A DNA stretch of 64,000 bases from an uncultured Candidatus Binatia bacterium (GCA_965200965.1 OZ241744.1:2048001-2112000); one strand, 5' to 3'. Numbered from the stretch's first letter, positions 29,996-40,676 are shown. Notes: generated from the sequence alone by a model not told the origin. Translations and numbers: made by a program.

Positions 29996-31006
29996 CTAGC
30001 TGGCCTGGCGGGCCCGATGTGGCAGGGAGATAATGTTATCGTCAGGCCGGGAGTCGGCGTAGACATAGTCGTACAGCTCGGACGGATCGGGCCAGGGTGA
30101 CGCATCGGCAAAGGTGACCGCCTCGGCGACCTCGTGTTTGGCCTCGTCGTCAATTGCCTTGAGTTGCGCCTCGGTGGCCATCCCCAGGCCAAAGATGCGC
30201 TGCTCCAACAAAAAGATGGGGTCGCGCTTCTTCCACTCATTGACCTCTTCTTTGGTGCGGTATTTGGCCGGGTCGGACATGGAGTGCCCCCGGAACCGGT
30301 AGGTCTTGGCCTCAACCAGGATCGGCAGGCTCTCGGCCCGGGTGCGCTGAACCGCCCGGCGGACGACATCCCGGACTTCCAGCACATCGTCGCCGTTGAC
30401 AATTTCCTGCTGCATGGGATAGCCCTTGGCCCGCACCGCCACATCTTCAACCGCCAGGGTCCGGTACAGGGGCGTACCCATGGAGTACAGGTTGTTCTCG
30501 CAGATAAACACCACGGGCAGTTTCCACAGCGCGGCCAGCGCCATGCCCTCATGGAACGCGCCCATATTGGCCGTCCCCTCGCCAAAGAAACACAGCGTCA
30601 CGTCTTGCTCGCCGCGATACTTGGACGCAAAGGCAATACCGGCCGCAATGGGCACATGGCCGCCCACAATCGCGTGACCGCCCATAAAGCGTTTGTTCAC
30701 GTCAAAATAGTGCATGGAGCCGCCCCGGCCCTTGGCACAGCCGGTGGCTTTGCCAAACAACTCGGCCATAGCCGCCTTCATATCTCCGACCCGGGCCAAG
30801 TAGTGGCCGTGCTCCCGGTAGGTGGCCACAATGTAATCGGTCGGCTGGGCCGCGGACATCGCCCCGACCGCCACCGCTTCCTGCCCCACATAGAGGTGCA
30901 GAAAGCCACCCATTTTGCCCCGCGAATACGATCGCGCCGCCTCTTCCTCAAAACGGCGAATCCGCACCATATCCCGATACAGCGACAGCAACATCTCTTT
31001 ATCCAT
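29996..31006 (-). CDS. pdhA: Pyruvate dehydrogenase E1 alpha subunit
   Basis: GGFLHLYVGQE, GRGGSMH, CENN and YRFRGHSMSDP. Confidence 0.93.
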   Translation of the reverse strand: MDKEMLLSLYRDMVRIRRFEEEAARSYSRGKMGGFLHLYVGQEAVAVGAMSAAQPTDYIVATYREHGHYLARVGDMKAAMAELFGKATGCAKGRGGSMHYFDVNKRFMGGHAIVGGHVPIAAGIAFASKYRGEQDVTLCFFGEGTANMGAFHEGMALAALWKLPVVFICENNLYSMGTPLYRTLAVEDVAVRAKGYPMQQEIVNGDDVLEVRDVVRRAVQRTRAESLPILVEAKTYRFRGHSMSDPAKYRTKEEVNEWKKRDPIFLLEQRIFGLGMATEAQLKAIDDEAKHEVAEAVTFADASPWPDPSELYDYVYADSRPDDNIISLPHRARQAS

Positions 31007-31148
31007 AGCTACATCCCCATGCCCTGGCTTCTTGCTCCGTCCCGGAACTCGCCCGGCGGCAGATCCCTTCCCTTGGCTTCTTTTGTATTCTATTGGTCAT
31101 ATTATCGGGCAAAAGCAAGGGGCAAGTTCCAGAAAATCGGGACGACCC

Positions 31149-32876
31149 CTAGCCCTGTCTGTGCGCCCGGTCCAGCATCTCGCGGGCGTGCCGTCTGGCC
31201 TCGGCGGAGACCTCCAGCCCACCCAGCATACGGGCCAACTCGTCGAGACGTTCTGCTTTGGTGAGGCTTTTTGCCGAGGACACGGTCCGGCCGTTGGTCA
31301 GGGTTTTGACCACGGTGTAGGCGTGCTCTGCAAAGGCCGCAATCTGGGGCAGGTGGGTGATGCACAAGACCTGGCGCCGGGCCGCCAGAGCTTTGAGGCG
31401 CTGGCCCAGGACCTCGGCCACGCCGCCACCCACACCGGTGTCAACCTCGTCAAAAATCAGGGTTGGGGCTTCTCTGGCCTCGACGCTGAGGGCCTTGAGG
31501 GCCAGCATCAGCCGCGACAGCTCGCCACCCGAGGCGACCTTGACCAGGGGCAGCGCCGGCTCGCCAGGATTGGCCGACAGGAAAAACTCGAGCCTATCAC
31601 AGCCGGCGGGGCTGAGCCGCGCCTGGCCGCGGACAAACGGACTGGGCGGATTCTGAACATCTGGCGAACCGTCCGGCTGGTGAAAGCGCACGCTGAAGTT
31701 TGCCCCGCGCATACCCAGACCGGCCAGCTCCTCACGCATCCGGGCTTCTAATGTCCGGGCCGCGTTCCGGCGTGCCTCGGACAGCTCGTGCGCCGCTTGC
31801 CAGGCGGCCCCGGCCGCGCTGTCTACCTCCCGGTCCAGGGCGGCCAAGTCCTCTTCATCCCCGTCCAGACCAGCCAACTCCTGGCTGAGTTGCCGGTGGC
31901 GGGCCGCTACGGCCTCTACCCTGTTCCCGTATTTCTTTTTGAGCCGCGACAGCACGGCCAGACGGGAGTCAATTTCTTCCAGCCGTTCGGGATCGGGGGC
32001 CAAGCGCTGGCCGTATCTGTGCAGAGACAGCGCGGCCTCTTCGATCTGGGCCAGCCCGCTGTGTAACAGCTCAAGCACCTCGGACAGGCTGTCGTCAAGC
32101 CGGGCGCAGTCCTGGAGTTGGCTCAGGATGCGGCCCAGGCGGTCGGTCAGCGCGTCCTCGCCAGAGGCCAGGGCATGTTCACCACCGGCTACGCCCTGCC
32201 GCAGCTTTTCGGCGTGCAGCAGCACGGTCTTCTCCTGCCGCAAGCCCTCCTCTTCCCCGGCCCGCAACTCGGCCCGGGCAATTTCGTCGATCTGAAACTG
32301 GAGCAGCTCGGCCCGGGCGGCGCGCTCGTGTCTGCCCTCGGTCAGCGTTTGCAGCCGTGACCACGCCTGGCGCAGCAACTCGTAGCGCTGGCGCAGCTCG
32401 GCCAGGCGCGAGTCCAGCCCGGCAAACCCATCCAGCAGTGTTTGGGCCGCCTCGGCTTCGAGCAGGCTTTGTTGCTCGTGCTGGCCGTGTAGCTGGAGCA
32501 ACTCAACACCCAGCCGGCGCAGCAGACTCACCGTGGTCAGGGCACCGTTGCAGTGTACCCGGCCGCGGCCGGTGTGGGAAATCACCCGGCGGATCAAGAC
32601 CTCTTCATCGGCCGGATAGCCGCCGTCTTCCAACAGGCGGGCGATACCTCGGTCTGGATAGTCATGAATATCGAACAGCGCCTCAACCACCGCCTCTTGG
32701 GCTTTGTGGCGAACCAGCTCGGCCGAGGCCCGCCCGCCAACCACCAGGCTGAGCGCCTGCATCAGCAGACTTTTGCCTGCCCCAGTCTCTCCGGTGATGA
32801 CATTCAGCCCAGGCTCAAAGGACAGCTCGAGCTCATCAATCAGGGCAAAATTCCTAATGTGCAGAGAACGCAGCAT
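31149..32876 (-). CDS. recN: DNA repair protein RecN
   Basis: TGETGAGKS, HGQHEQ, ASGGELSR, FDEVDTG and ITHLPQIA. Confidence 0.96.
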   Translation of the reverse strand: MLRSLHIRNFALIDELELSFEPGLNVITGETGAGKSLLMQALSLVVGGRASAELVRHKAQEAVVEALFDIHDYPDRGIARLLEDGGYPADEEVLIRRVISHTGRGRVHCNGALTTVSLLRRLGVELLQLHGQHEQQSLLEAEAAQTLLDGFAGLDSRLAELRQRYELLRQAWSRLQTLTEGRHERAARAELLQFQIDEIARAELRAGEEEGLRQEKTVLLHAEKLRQGVAGGEHALASGEDALTDRLGRILSQLQDCARLDDSLSEVLELLHSGLAQIEEAALSLHRYGQRLAPDPERLEEIDSRLAVLSRLKKKYGNRVEAVAARHRQLSQELAGLDGDEEDLAALDREVDSAAGAAWQAAHELSEARRNAARTLEARMREELAGLGMRGANFSVRFHQPDGSPDVQNPPSPFVRGQARLSPAGCDRLEFFLSANPGEPALPLVKVASGGELSRLMLALKALSVEAREAPTLIFDEVDTGVGGGVAEVLGQRLKALAARRQVLCITHLPQIAAFAEHAYTVVKTLTNGRTVSSAKSLTKAERLDELARMLGGLEVSAEARRHAREMLDRAHRQG

Positions 32877-32893
32877 GGGTCTGACCGCCTGAG

Positions 32894-34882
32894 CTAAGCA
32901 TCCTGCAAACGATCGCTCAGAATTTTTGCGATATTCAGAAAAATCTTGGCCCCAGTGCGTGGATAGCGGCGCTGCAGGTGGGACAAAAAGCGCTCATCAA
33001 CAACAATCACCTCAACATCCTCAGCCGCAATCACATCGGCTGTGCGTTCCCGGCGGCGGATCAAACCCATCTCGCCAAACACATCACCCCGGCCGTGGAC
33101 CCGAATGTGTCTCTTGTCGCCGTTGGTGCGGACATACACATCGGCCGTGCCCTTGACCAGGACAAACATCTCCTTGCCCATGTCCCCACGCCGAATAATC
33201 GGCCGGCCACGCGGAAACGTTTTCAACTCGCCCATCAGGGTGACCAGCTTGGCCTGAAAGGGCCGCAGCCCGGCAAACAGATGCTCGGGATTGTCCCAGA
33301 ATGTGCTCTGGACGCCGGGCACCGGGGCTTGGATCATCTCCCCCTCGGGCGAGACAATAAGGTCGCCATCGCCGCCGGACTGGGTGCCGCGGTCAAGCAG
33401 CTCACAGTAATCGACAAAGGATACCGTCTTGTCCACCCCGGGCTGGGCATCCATATACAGTTGTAAGTCTTTGATGCGCCGTAGCGTCTCCCAGCGGTTG
33501 GTGCTGTTTGGGCCGTCGCCGTCAATAGCAACATAAAACGCCATGCTGCCGACCAGATACTCGTTGATCGCGTCGGTGGCCCGACGAATGGGGTCGTCTG
33601 GACGAAAAAAAGACTGAAAGTTGGAGTCAACCCGAACAGCAGCCGTCTGCCACACCGATACCCCGGCAATCAGCCCGCCCAGGATCAGAATGATCCGGCG
33701 ACGGCGAATGTCAAAATACCCCAGCCGGCGCAGAGCGGCACCGATGTGCGCCAAGCGTACTCCAGGCCGAGACTCACCGCCGACCGGCAGGGGCAGCAGA
33801 ACCAGCCCGGCCGGCACGAGGAGCAGCGACAGACCGCCGGCCAGCGTAATGCCAACGGCCGAGAACAGCCCCATGTGGTGGGTGCTGACAATCGAGTTGA
33901 TCGACAGGGATAAAAAACCCAACACCGTGGTCAGAGCGGTCAGGCAGATCGGGGGGCCAGCTAAACGCAGGGTCCCTGAGACCGCCTCGCGGACGCTGCG
34001 GTCCGGGCCGGCCAACTCGTAGTACTCGGCCACGACATGCAGCGAGTAGGCGGTGCCGAGCACCAGCAGCAGCAGCGGCAGGGCCATACTGCCCAGGCTC
34101 AGCCGATTGCCGCTCAGCACAATAATTCCCAGCGTCCAGGTCAGGCTGACCACCACCGTCAACACTGGCAGCACGACCCCCCGCTTGGAGCGAAAGCTGA
34201 GGTATAAGACAACGACGATCAACACCAGGGTCAGGGGGACAAAACGGGCCAGGTCTTGCTGCATGGCGGTTGTTGAGTAGACCTTGAGGTAGGGCAGACC
34301 GGTATAATACATGCGCTCAGGATCGCGCTCTTGGTCAAGCAGGGCGACGACCTTGTCATCAATCCCCAGCCGTAAGAACTCGTCGTCGTTCATCTCGGCA
34401 AAAACGATGTTAATGGCGGCGGCCCGGCCGTCGGGCGCGACCAGATTTTTGAGATACATCGGCCGGTCGGCCAGGGTGTCTCTGAGGGCCGCCAGTTCAG
34501 CCGGGGTAGTCGGAATCCGGGGCATCAGCAGCGGCGGGTCAAGCACATTGGCAATCGGATCAACCGCATTGGCCAGGCTGCTTACGTCATCCACGCCTTC
34601 AATGGCCTTGATCCGCTTGCTCAGGCGGACGATTTTTTTCAGGGTCTCAGGGGTGTAGATGGTATCGGCAATAATGCCTACCACCCCGATCTCGTCGCTG
34701 CCGAACAGGTGGCGAATCTCGGCGTAATACTGCGAGTCGGTATTGTCGCCGGGCAGCAGGCTCTCAATCGAACTGTCGAGTTGAATGTGTCGCGCAGACC
34801 AGCCGAAAAAGCCGGTCAGAAGCAGAATCAGGCCCAGGGTCAGCTTCGGTCTGTCCACGATCAGGCCGTACACATGTTCCAT
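32894..34882 (-). CDS. MMPL/RND-type membrane protein with a C-terminal cNMP-binding domain; apparently internally deleted
   Basis: One MMPL repeat (LGTAYSLH, LTTVLGF) and a partial second periplasmic loop, then a cNMP domain (GDVFGEMG..RTADV). Confidence 0.75.
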   Translation of the reverse strand: MEHVYGLIVDRPKLTLGLILLLTGFFGWSARHIQLDSSIESLLPGDNTDSQYYAEIRHLFGSDEIGVVGIIADTIYTPETLKKIVRLSKRIKAIEGVDDVSSLANAVDPIANVLDPPLLMPRIPTTPAELAALRDTLADRPMYLKNLVAPDGRAAAINIVFAEMNDDEFLRLGIDDKVVALLDQERDPERMYYTGLPYLKVYSTTAMQQDLARFVPLTLVLIVVVLYLSFRSKRGVVLPVLTVVVSLTWTLGIIVLSGNRLSLGSMALPLLLLVLGTAYSLHVVAEYYELAGPDRSVREAVSGTLRLAGPPICLTALTTVLGFLSLSINSIVSTHHMGLFSAVGITLAGGLSLLLVPAGLVLLPLPVGGESRPGVRLAHIGAALRRLGYFDIRRRRIILILGGLIAGVSVWQTAAVRVDSNFQSFFRPDDPIRRATDAINEYLVGSMAFYVAIDGDGPNSTNRWETLRRIKDLQLYMDAQPGVDKTVSFVDYCELLDRGTQSGGDGDLIVSPEGEMIQAPVPGVQSTFWDNPEHLFAGLRPFQAKLVTLMGELKTFPRGRPIIRRGDMGKEMFVLVKGTADVYVRTNGDKRHIRVHGRGDVFGEMGLIRRRERTADVIAAEDVEVIVVDERFLSHLQRRYPRTGAKIFLNIAKILSDRLQDA

Positions 34883-34981
34883 CTTCTCAGGCCATATCCC
34901 TCTTCTGGAACAGAGCTGCCGGGAGATGAAACGCCTGGGCTTATGTTCCTAGGGGCACACCTCCGGGCGACAGGGGTGCCT

Positions 34982-35848
34982 CTATCGCTCGCCCCAGCGC
35001 AGCTTGTTGCGAAGCACATCAAAATAGGTCCGATGGGGGGATTTAATCAAAGACACGGTGATGTCAGAACGGGTCATGCTCACCCGGTCACCGCCCCTGA
35101 GCGGGAGGCCCTCTTGGCCGTCCAGGGTCATGATGACATCTTCTTCCGCGGTTTGCAGGATGATGTGGATATCGGTGTGATCGGACAGAATAATCGGCCG
35201 GTTGGTGAGGGTATGGGGACAGATCGGGGTCAGGACGACCACACGAACGGCCGGGTCAATAATCGGGCCGCCGGCCGAGAGGGAATAAGCGGTCGAACCG
35301 GTCGGCGTGGCAACGATCAGGCCGTCGGCTTTGTAGGTACACAGATATTGCTGATCGACCCAGGTTTCGAGGTCAAGGATACGGGCCAGCGCGCCTTTGT
35401 TAATCACCACATCGTTCAGGACCTGGAAGACACCGACCGGTTCGTTGTCGCGCGTCAGCGTCGTTTGCAGCAGGCTGCGCCGCTCAACCTCAAAATCTCC
35501 CTCCAACACCCGCTCCAGGGTAGCCAGGAGTTCATCGGTCGTTGTTTCGGTCAGAAAACCCAGATCGCCCAGATTGACCCCCAGAATCGGGACCTCACGC
35601 TGATTGGTCCGCCGGGCAACGCTCAGGAGCGTGCCGTCGCCGCCGAGCACAATAGCCAAGTCTGCGCGCTCCATGATCTCGACCTTGCGCCAGCCCCGGC
35701 TGAGGCCAATCTCATGGCTGGTGTTGTCCTCGGCCCAAATGGTCTTGTCGCGCTGCTGGAGCCAGGCCACCACCTCACGGCCGAGCGCGGCGACTTCTGG
35801 CTGATTGCGTTTGATGACCAGCCCGATGTTTTTCCCGATGGTTTGCAT
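34982..35848 (-). CDS. nadK: NAD+ kinase
   Basis: LGGDGTLL, GVNLG.LGFL, LNDVV and ATPTGSTAYSLSAGG. Confidence 0.95.
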   Translation of the reverse strand: MQTIGKNIGLVIKRNQPEVAALGREVVAWLQQRDKTIWAEDNTSHEIGLSRGWRKVEIMERADLAIVLGGDGTLLSVARRTNQREVPILGVNLGDLGFLTETTTDELLATLERVLEGDFEVERRSLLQTTLTRDNEPVGVFQVLNDVVINKGALARILDLETWVDQQYLCTYKADGLIVATPTGSTAYSLSAGGPIIDPAVRVVVLTPICPHTLTNRPIILSDHTDIHIILQTAEEDVIMTLDGQEGLPLRGGDRVSMTRSDITVSLIKSPHRTYFDVLRNKLRWGER

Positions 35849-35926
35849 ATCCGCCGCGGCCTCAGGACCGTCAAGATGGGGCAGCCCCTGGCTGCTTTTC
35901 TGCCCGCCCAGCGTATAATAACCGAT

Positions 35927-37267
35927 ATGCCGACACAGCACCCGGACCTGTTTGCCCATAGTGCCGCAAAGGCGACGGCCGAAAAAGCCCCTTTGGCCGA
36001 ACGGATGCGCCCCCGCACGATTGACGAGTATGTGGGCCAGGCGCAGCTGCTCGGTCCGGGTCGCGTGTTGCGCCAGATGATCGAAGGCCGCAGCCTGTCG
36101 TCGCTGATTCTGTGGGGCCCGCCCGGCAGCGGGAAAACCAGCTTGGCCAATCTCCTCGTCAGGACGGTCGGCGCGCCGTTTGCATCGTTCTCTGCCGTGT
36201 TGTCGGGGGTGAAGGACCTGCGCCAGGTTCTCGACCAGGCCCGGTACCAGCAACAGATGCACGCCACCCCGACAGTTGTGTTTGTGGACGAAATCCACCG
36301 CTTCAACAAATCCCAGCAGGACGCATTTTTACCCCACGTCGAACAGGGCTTGATCATCCTGCTGGGCGCAACAACCGAAAACCCGTCGTTTGAAGTGATC
36401 CCCCCGCTCTTGTCCCGGGCCCGGGTGCTGGTGCTTGAAGCACTCGGCCCGGGCGATCTGCAAACCATCCTGACCCGCGCCCTGCAAGACACCGAGCGCG
36501 GCCTGGGCGACCTCGGCCTGAGCGCCGATGTGGCGAGTCTCACCTTTCTGGTCCAGCACAGTCAGGGCGACGCCCGGATTGCGCTCGGCAGCCTCGAAGC
36601 AGCGGCCGGTCTGGCCGTGCAGAAACGGCTCAGCCGGCTCGACCTGAGCCTGGTTGAGGAAGCCGCACAGCACAAAGCGCTGCGCTACGACAAGGGTGGC
36701 GAAGAGCACTACAACGTCATTTCGGCGTTTATCAAAAGCCTGCGCGGGAGCGATCCAGACGCGGCCGTGTACTGGCTGATGCGGATGCTGGAGGCCGGCG
36801 AAGACCCGCTCTTTATTGTCCGGCGGATGGTCATCTTTGCCGCCGAAGATGTCGGCAACGCCGACCCCCAGGCGCTCTCCTTGGCCCTTGCAGCAAAAGA
36901 CGCGGTGCATTTTGTCGGTCTGCCCGAGGCCCGCATCCCGCTCGCCCAGGCCGCCACCTATCTGGCCACCGCACCAAAATCAAACGCTTCGTATGCGGCT
37001 ATGAAGGCTGCACTTAGCGATGTCCAACAGCACGGCCCCCTCCCGGTACCGCTCCACCTGCGGAATGCCCCGAGCAAACTGATGCGCGGTCTGGGCTACG
37101 GCAAAGGCTATCAGTACGCCCACGATCATGCCGATGCAGTCATTGACCAGCAACATCTGCCCGACGCCCTGACCGAGCAACGCTATTACCACCCCAGCGA
37201 CAGAGGTCACGAAAAGACGATTCAGCAACGGATGGACGAGCGAGCACGACGCCGCCAGGGTGAATGA
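35927..37267 (+). CDS. rarA: Replication-associated recombination protein A
   Basis: PLAERMRP, GPPGSGKT, DEIHRFNKSQQD, ISAFIKS.RGSD and VPLHLRNAP; TATAAT at 35914-35919. Confidence 0.95.
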   Translation: MPTQHPDLFAHSAAKATAEKAPLAERMRPRTIDEYVGQAQLLGPGRVLRQMIEGRSLSSLILWGPPGSGKTSLANLLVRTVGAPFASFSAVLSGVKDLRQVLDQARYQQQMHATPTVVFVDEIHRFNKSQQDAFLPHVEQGLIILLGATTENPSFEVIPPLLSRARVLVLEALGPGDLQTILTRALQDTERGLGDLGLSADVASLTFLVQHSQGDARIALGSLEAAAGLAVQKRLSRLDLSLVEEAAQHKALRYDKGGEEHYNVISAFIKSLRGSDPDAAVYWLMRMLEAGEDPLFIVRRMVIFAAEDVGNADPQALSLALAAKDAVHFVGLPEARIPLAQAATYLATAPKSNASYAAMKAALSDVQQHGPLPVPLHLRNAPSKLMRGLGYGKGYQYAHDHADAVIDQQHLPDALTEQRYYHPSDRGHEKTIQQRMDERARRRQGE

Positions 37268-37337
37268 TGAACTCTTCTTGATATCAGCCACCATCGCCCC
37301 CCTTGAAAACGCCACAGGTGAAAAGAAGGAGAAGCCC

Positions 37338-38492
37338 ATGCCTGCCCCCCAAGCTTTTACGATCGACATTCCCGAGGCCGCCCTGACCGACTTGCGTCAG
37401 CGCCTCAAGCAAGTCCGCTGGCCGCCAGGAGAAATCCCCGGCTCAGACTGGGACTATGGGGCAAACATGGCCTCTATCAAACAGCTCGTTGAGTATTGGC
37501 GGACCGAGTATGACTGGCGCGCCCAGGAACAGCGCATCAACCAGTGGCCGCACTTTACCGTCAGCCTGGACGGCCAGCAGATCCATTTCATGCACATCAA
37601 AGGCAAGGGGCCCAAGCCGCTGCCGCTGATTATCTCGCACGGCTGGCCCGGATCATTTTATGAGTTTATGGAGGTGGTCGGACCGCTCAGCGACCCCGCG
37701 GCCCACGGCGGGGACCCGGCCGACGCCTTTGATCTGGTCGTGCCGTCGCTGCCCGGCTACGGCTTTTCGGCTCCGACCCAGCAGCGGCGGGTCAATATCA
37801 GGTGCATGGCCGACTGGTTTGCCAAGCTGATGGGCGAGGTGTTGGGCTATCGTCGCTACGCGGCCCAGGGCGGCGACTGGGGGGCTCTGGTCACGTCCCG
37901 CTTGGGCTTTGCCTATCCCCACAACCTGGTCGGCATTCATCTCAATATGGTCGGCATCGCCCCCCATCCGGCCAACCGCCACAATTTGTCTGAGGCCGAG
38001 CAGGCGTGGCTCAAGGAGATGGACGGCTGGCGACGCGAAGAAACCGGCTACCAGGCTATTCAGGGCACAAAGCCGCAGACCCTGGCCTTTGGGCTGAACG
38101 ATTCTCCGGTTGGCCTGTGCGCCTGGATTGTGGAAAAGTTTCGGACCTGGAGCGACTGCGGAGGCAACCCCGAGCGCTCCTACACCAAAGACCAGCTGTT
38201 GACCAATGTCATGATCTACTGGCTGACCCAGACGATTCATTCGTCAACCCGCCTGTATTACGAGGAACGCCACCACCCGTGGCGGCTGGGGCGGGATGAG
38301 CGGGTCGGCGTCCCGACCGGGATCGCCGCCTTTCCCAAGGAGCTGGCCCGACCGCCGCGCGAGTGGGCCGAACGCGCCTACAACGTCACCCATTGGAAGG
38401 ATATGCCGGCCGGCGGACATTTTGCGGCCATGGAAAAACCGGCCCTGTTGATCGACGATATCCGGACCTTTTTTCGCGGGCTGCGCGGCTAG
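37338..38492 (+). CDS. Microsomal-type epoxide hydrolase
   Basis: HGWPGS, PSLPGYGFS, QGGDWG and GGHFAAME; AAGGAG RBS. Confidence 0.92.
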   Translation: MPAPQAFTIDIPEAALTDLRQRLKQVRWPPGEIPGSDWDYGANMASIKQLVEYWRTEYDWRAQEQRINQWPHFTVSLDGQQIHFMHIKGKGPKPLPLIISHGWPGSFYEFMEVVGPLSDPAAHGGDPADAFDLVVPSLPGYGFSAPTQQRRVNIRCMADWFAKLMGEVLGYRRYAAQGGDWGALVTSRLGFAYPHNLVGIHLNMVGIAPHPANRHNLSEAEQAWLKEMDGWRREETGYQAIQGTKPQTLAFGLNDSPVGLCAWIVEKFRTWSDCGGNPERSYTKDQLLTNVMIYWLTQTIHSSTRLYYEERHHPWRLGRDERVGVPTGIAAFPKELARPPREWAERAYNVTHWKDMPAGGHFAAMEKPALLIDDIRTFFRGLRG

Positions 38493-38500
38493 GGCCGGGT

Positions 38501-39193
38501 ATGGCAATCATTCTGTACGGGGCGCGGACCTCGCCGTTTGTGGAGAAGGTCTATCGCGGGTTGCTGCTCAAAGGGCTGCCGTTTCAACTCCAGCAGCCGC
38601 GGCTGCCCTGGGATGTCCGACGCCACAACCCGACCACCGGCAAAATGCCGGCCCTCGATCTTGACGGCAGCCGTCTGTTCGATTCGACCCTGATCCTGCG
38701 GGCGCTGAACGTGTATAAGCCGACGCCCCCCCTTTTGGACGCAGATCCGTCGCTGGCGGTCCAACAGCAGATGCTTGAAGACTGGGCCGACGAGTCGCTG
38801 TACTGGTACGGCATGGCGTTTCGCTGGACGATTCCGGCCAACGCCGCCCGCGCGGTCCGACTCGTTCAACACACCATGCCGACGCTGCTGCGGCCGTTTG
38901 TGCGGCTGATGGCCCCGCGGCTGATCGCCGCCCAGGTTCGGGCCCAAGGAACAGGGCGGCTGCCCATTGAGATTCTCCGGGCCGAACTCGACGGACACTT
39001 GGCCAACTTGGTGTCCATATTGGGACCTGGACCGTTCTTTTGGGGTGTTGAGCGGCCGAGCATGGCTGATTTGGCGATCTTTGGCCAACTCAGCTTTTTA
39101 CGCGCCAAGGGCTCACCCGAGACAAAAGCCGCGCTAGGGCGCTTTCCGGCCCTGCTGGATTTTTACCGCCGCTTAGACCGCCTGACCGCCTGA
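38501..39193 (+). CDS. Glutathione S-transferase family protein
   Basis: SPFVEKV, GKMP, DS, LEDWADE and ADLAIFGQL. Confidence 0.82.
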   Translation: MAIILYGARTSPFVEKVYRGLLLKGLPFQLQQPRLPWDVRRHNPTTGKMPALDLDGSRLFDSTLILRALNVYKPTPPLLDADPSLAVQQQMLEDWADESLYWYGMAFRWTIPANAARAVRLVQHTMPTLLRPFVRLMAPRLIAAQVRAQGTGRLPIEILRAELDGHLANLVSILGPGPFFWGVERPSMADLAIFGQLSFLRAKGSPETKAALGRFPALLDFYRRLDRLTA

Positions 39194-39555
39194 TCGTCAA
39201 GCGGAGTGATGGCAAAAGCAAACTTCTCCCTGTACCAGCCGCCGAGCCAGCGCAGAATGCGGGCCAGCCAATACTTACGCAAAAAGCGCGGCAACACCTC
39301 GCTCTCGACCGTTGCCGGGTCAAGCCAGGCCGCCCTTCCGCGCAGCCGAGTGTCACCGATTTGCAGTTCCACCTCGGGTTTGTGGCGCAGATTTTTTACC
39401 CAACTGGCGTCCGAGCCTCGACCCGAGGTGACATAAATGACGCCCTGGCCAACGGCAAACCACACCTTGACCGTATACGGCCGGTTGGTCTTGCGGCCGC
39501 GGACGGTCAGCCTCAGCAGCGAGGTATGGTTGAGCGCGTCCAAATCGGGCGGCAT
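39163..39555 (-). CDS. Deazaflavin (F420)-dependent nitroreductase family protein (Ddn-like)
   Basis: LTVRGRKT..P, VWF and SWVKNLR.KPEV. Confidence 0.78.
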   Translation of the reverse strand: MPPDLDALNHTSLLRLTVRGRKTNRPYTVKVWFAVGQGVIYVTSGRGSDASWVKNLRHKPEVELQIGDTRLRGRAAWLDPATVESEVLPRFLRKYWLARILRWLGGWYREKFAFAITPLDDQAVRRSKRR

Positions 39556-39572
39556 CCCGGTCTTCTCCTGTT

Positions 39573-40676
39573 CTAGCCCCGCACAAACCGGCCGCCTTGA
39601 CTGGTCAAGCCCCGGGGCTCGATGCTGATTGTCCGCCGGGCTGAGGCAACTGCCGTCCCAAGCCGCCAGGCGCGGCTGCCGTGCTGGGCAGCAAGAGCGA
39701 TGGTGCGCTCCACGTCCGTCTCAGAGACGACCACACCCAAGCCAAGGCCCATGTTGTAGACCTGGAACATCTCGGCATCGCTCAGCTTGCCCAGGTCTTG
39801 CAGAACCGTAAAAATGGCTGGCGGCTCGGGCAGCGCTTCAATCCAAAAACCGACCGGCGCAGCAACCCGGCTCAGATTCAGAAACCCGTCACCGGTGATG
39901 TGCATCAGGGCCTTGACCCGCATCTCGGCCCCTAGCATGGCCCTGACTTCGGGGACATAGACCCGGGTCGGCTCCAGCAATTCCTCACCGACCGTTCGAC
40001 CGCACTCGGGCAGGTACCGCTCCAGGCTGCTCGGTGTATCGGCCCCCAGTACCCGGCGTGCCAGGGTCAGGCCGTTACTGTGAATGCCGCTGCTGGCCAA
40101 GCCGATCAAGGGGTCTCCGGGCTCGATATCCTGGCCGATAATCAGGCGGTCAAGCGCCACCGTGCCGATCGCAGCCCCGGCCAAGTCAAAGCCAGTACCG
40201 ACCTGGGTACCGCGGATCATCTCCCGGAGCTGGGCAATTTCTCCTCCGGCGATGCTGATCCCGGCCAACTCGGCACCGCGATGTAAGCCTTTGCCAAGGG
40301 CGTCAAGCATGTCCGGCCGGACCTCTTCGACGGCCAGATAATCGACAAACGAGACCGGGCTGGCACCAACGCACAACAGGTCGTTGACGTTCATGGCGAT
40401 GCAATCAATGCCGACCGTGTCGTACTTGCCCAGCAACTCGGCCACCAACAGCTTAGTGCCAACCCCATCGGTGGTCAACCCGATCCCCAGGTTCAGACCC
40501 TCAAGCCGGATCACATTGGCAAAATAGCCCAGTGGCAGATGGGGGCGGGCCTGGGGGTTGAAGGCAAACGTCTTCTCGATCCAGGGGCGGAAACGGCTGA
40601 GACCGCTGGCGGCCTTGGCGCTGTCCACGCCGGCGCTGGCGTAGGAAGAACCGGACTGACTGGCTTGATGAGCCAT
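39573..40676 (-). CDS. purM: Phosphoribosylformylglycinamidine cyclo-ligase (AIR synthase)
   Basis: YASAGVD, DGVGTK, AMNVND, SSGIHSNG and HITGDG. Confidence 0.95.
   Translation of the reverse strand: MAHQASQSGSSYASAGVDSAKAASGLSRFRPWIEKTFAFNPQARPHLPLGYFANVIRLEGLNLGIGLTTDGVGTKLLVAELLGKYDTVGIDCIAMNVNDLLCVGASPVSFVDYLAVEEVRPDMLDALGKGLHRGAELAGISIAGGEIAQLREMIRGTQVGTGFDLAGAAIGTVALDRLIIGQDIEPGDPLIGLASSGIHSNGLTLARRVLGADTPSSLERYLPECGRTVGEELLEPTRVYVPEVRAMLGAEMRVKALMHITGDGFLNLSRVAAPVGFWIEALPEPPAIFTVLQDLGKLSDAEMFQVYNMGLGLGVVVSETDVERTIALAAQHGSRAWRLGTAVASARRTISIEPRGLTSQGGRFVRG

Noticed and set aside
34709-35926. Apparent 852-aa RarA with a long N-terminal extension
   Set aside because: The extension is the antisense shadow of nadK; RarA homology and a TATAAT point to a start at 35927.
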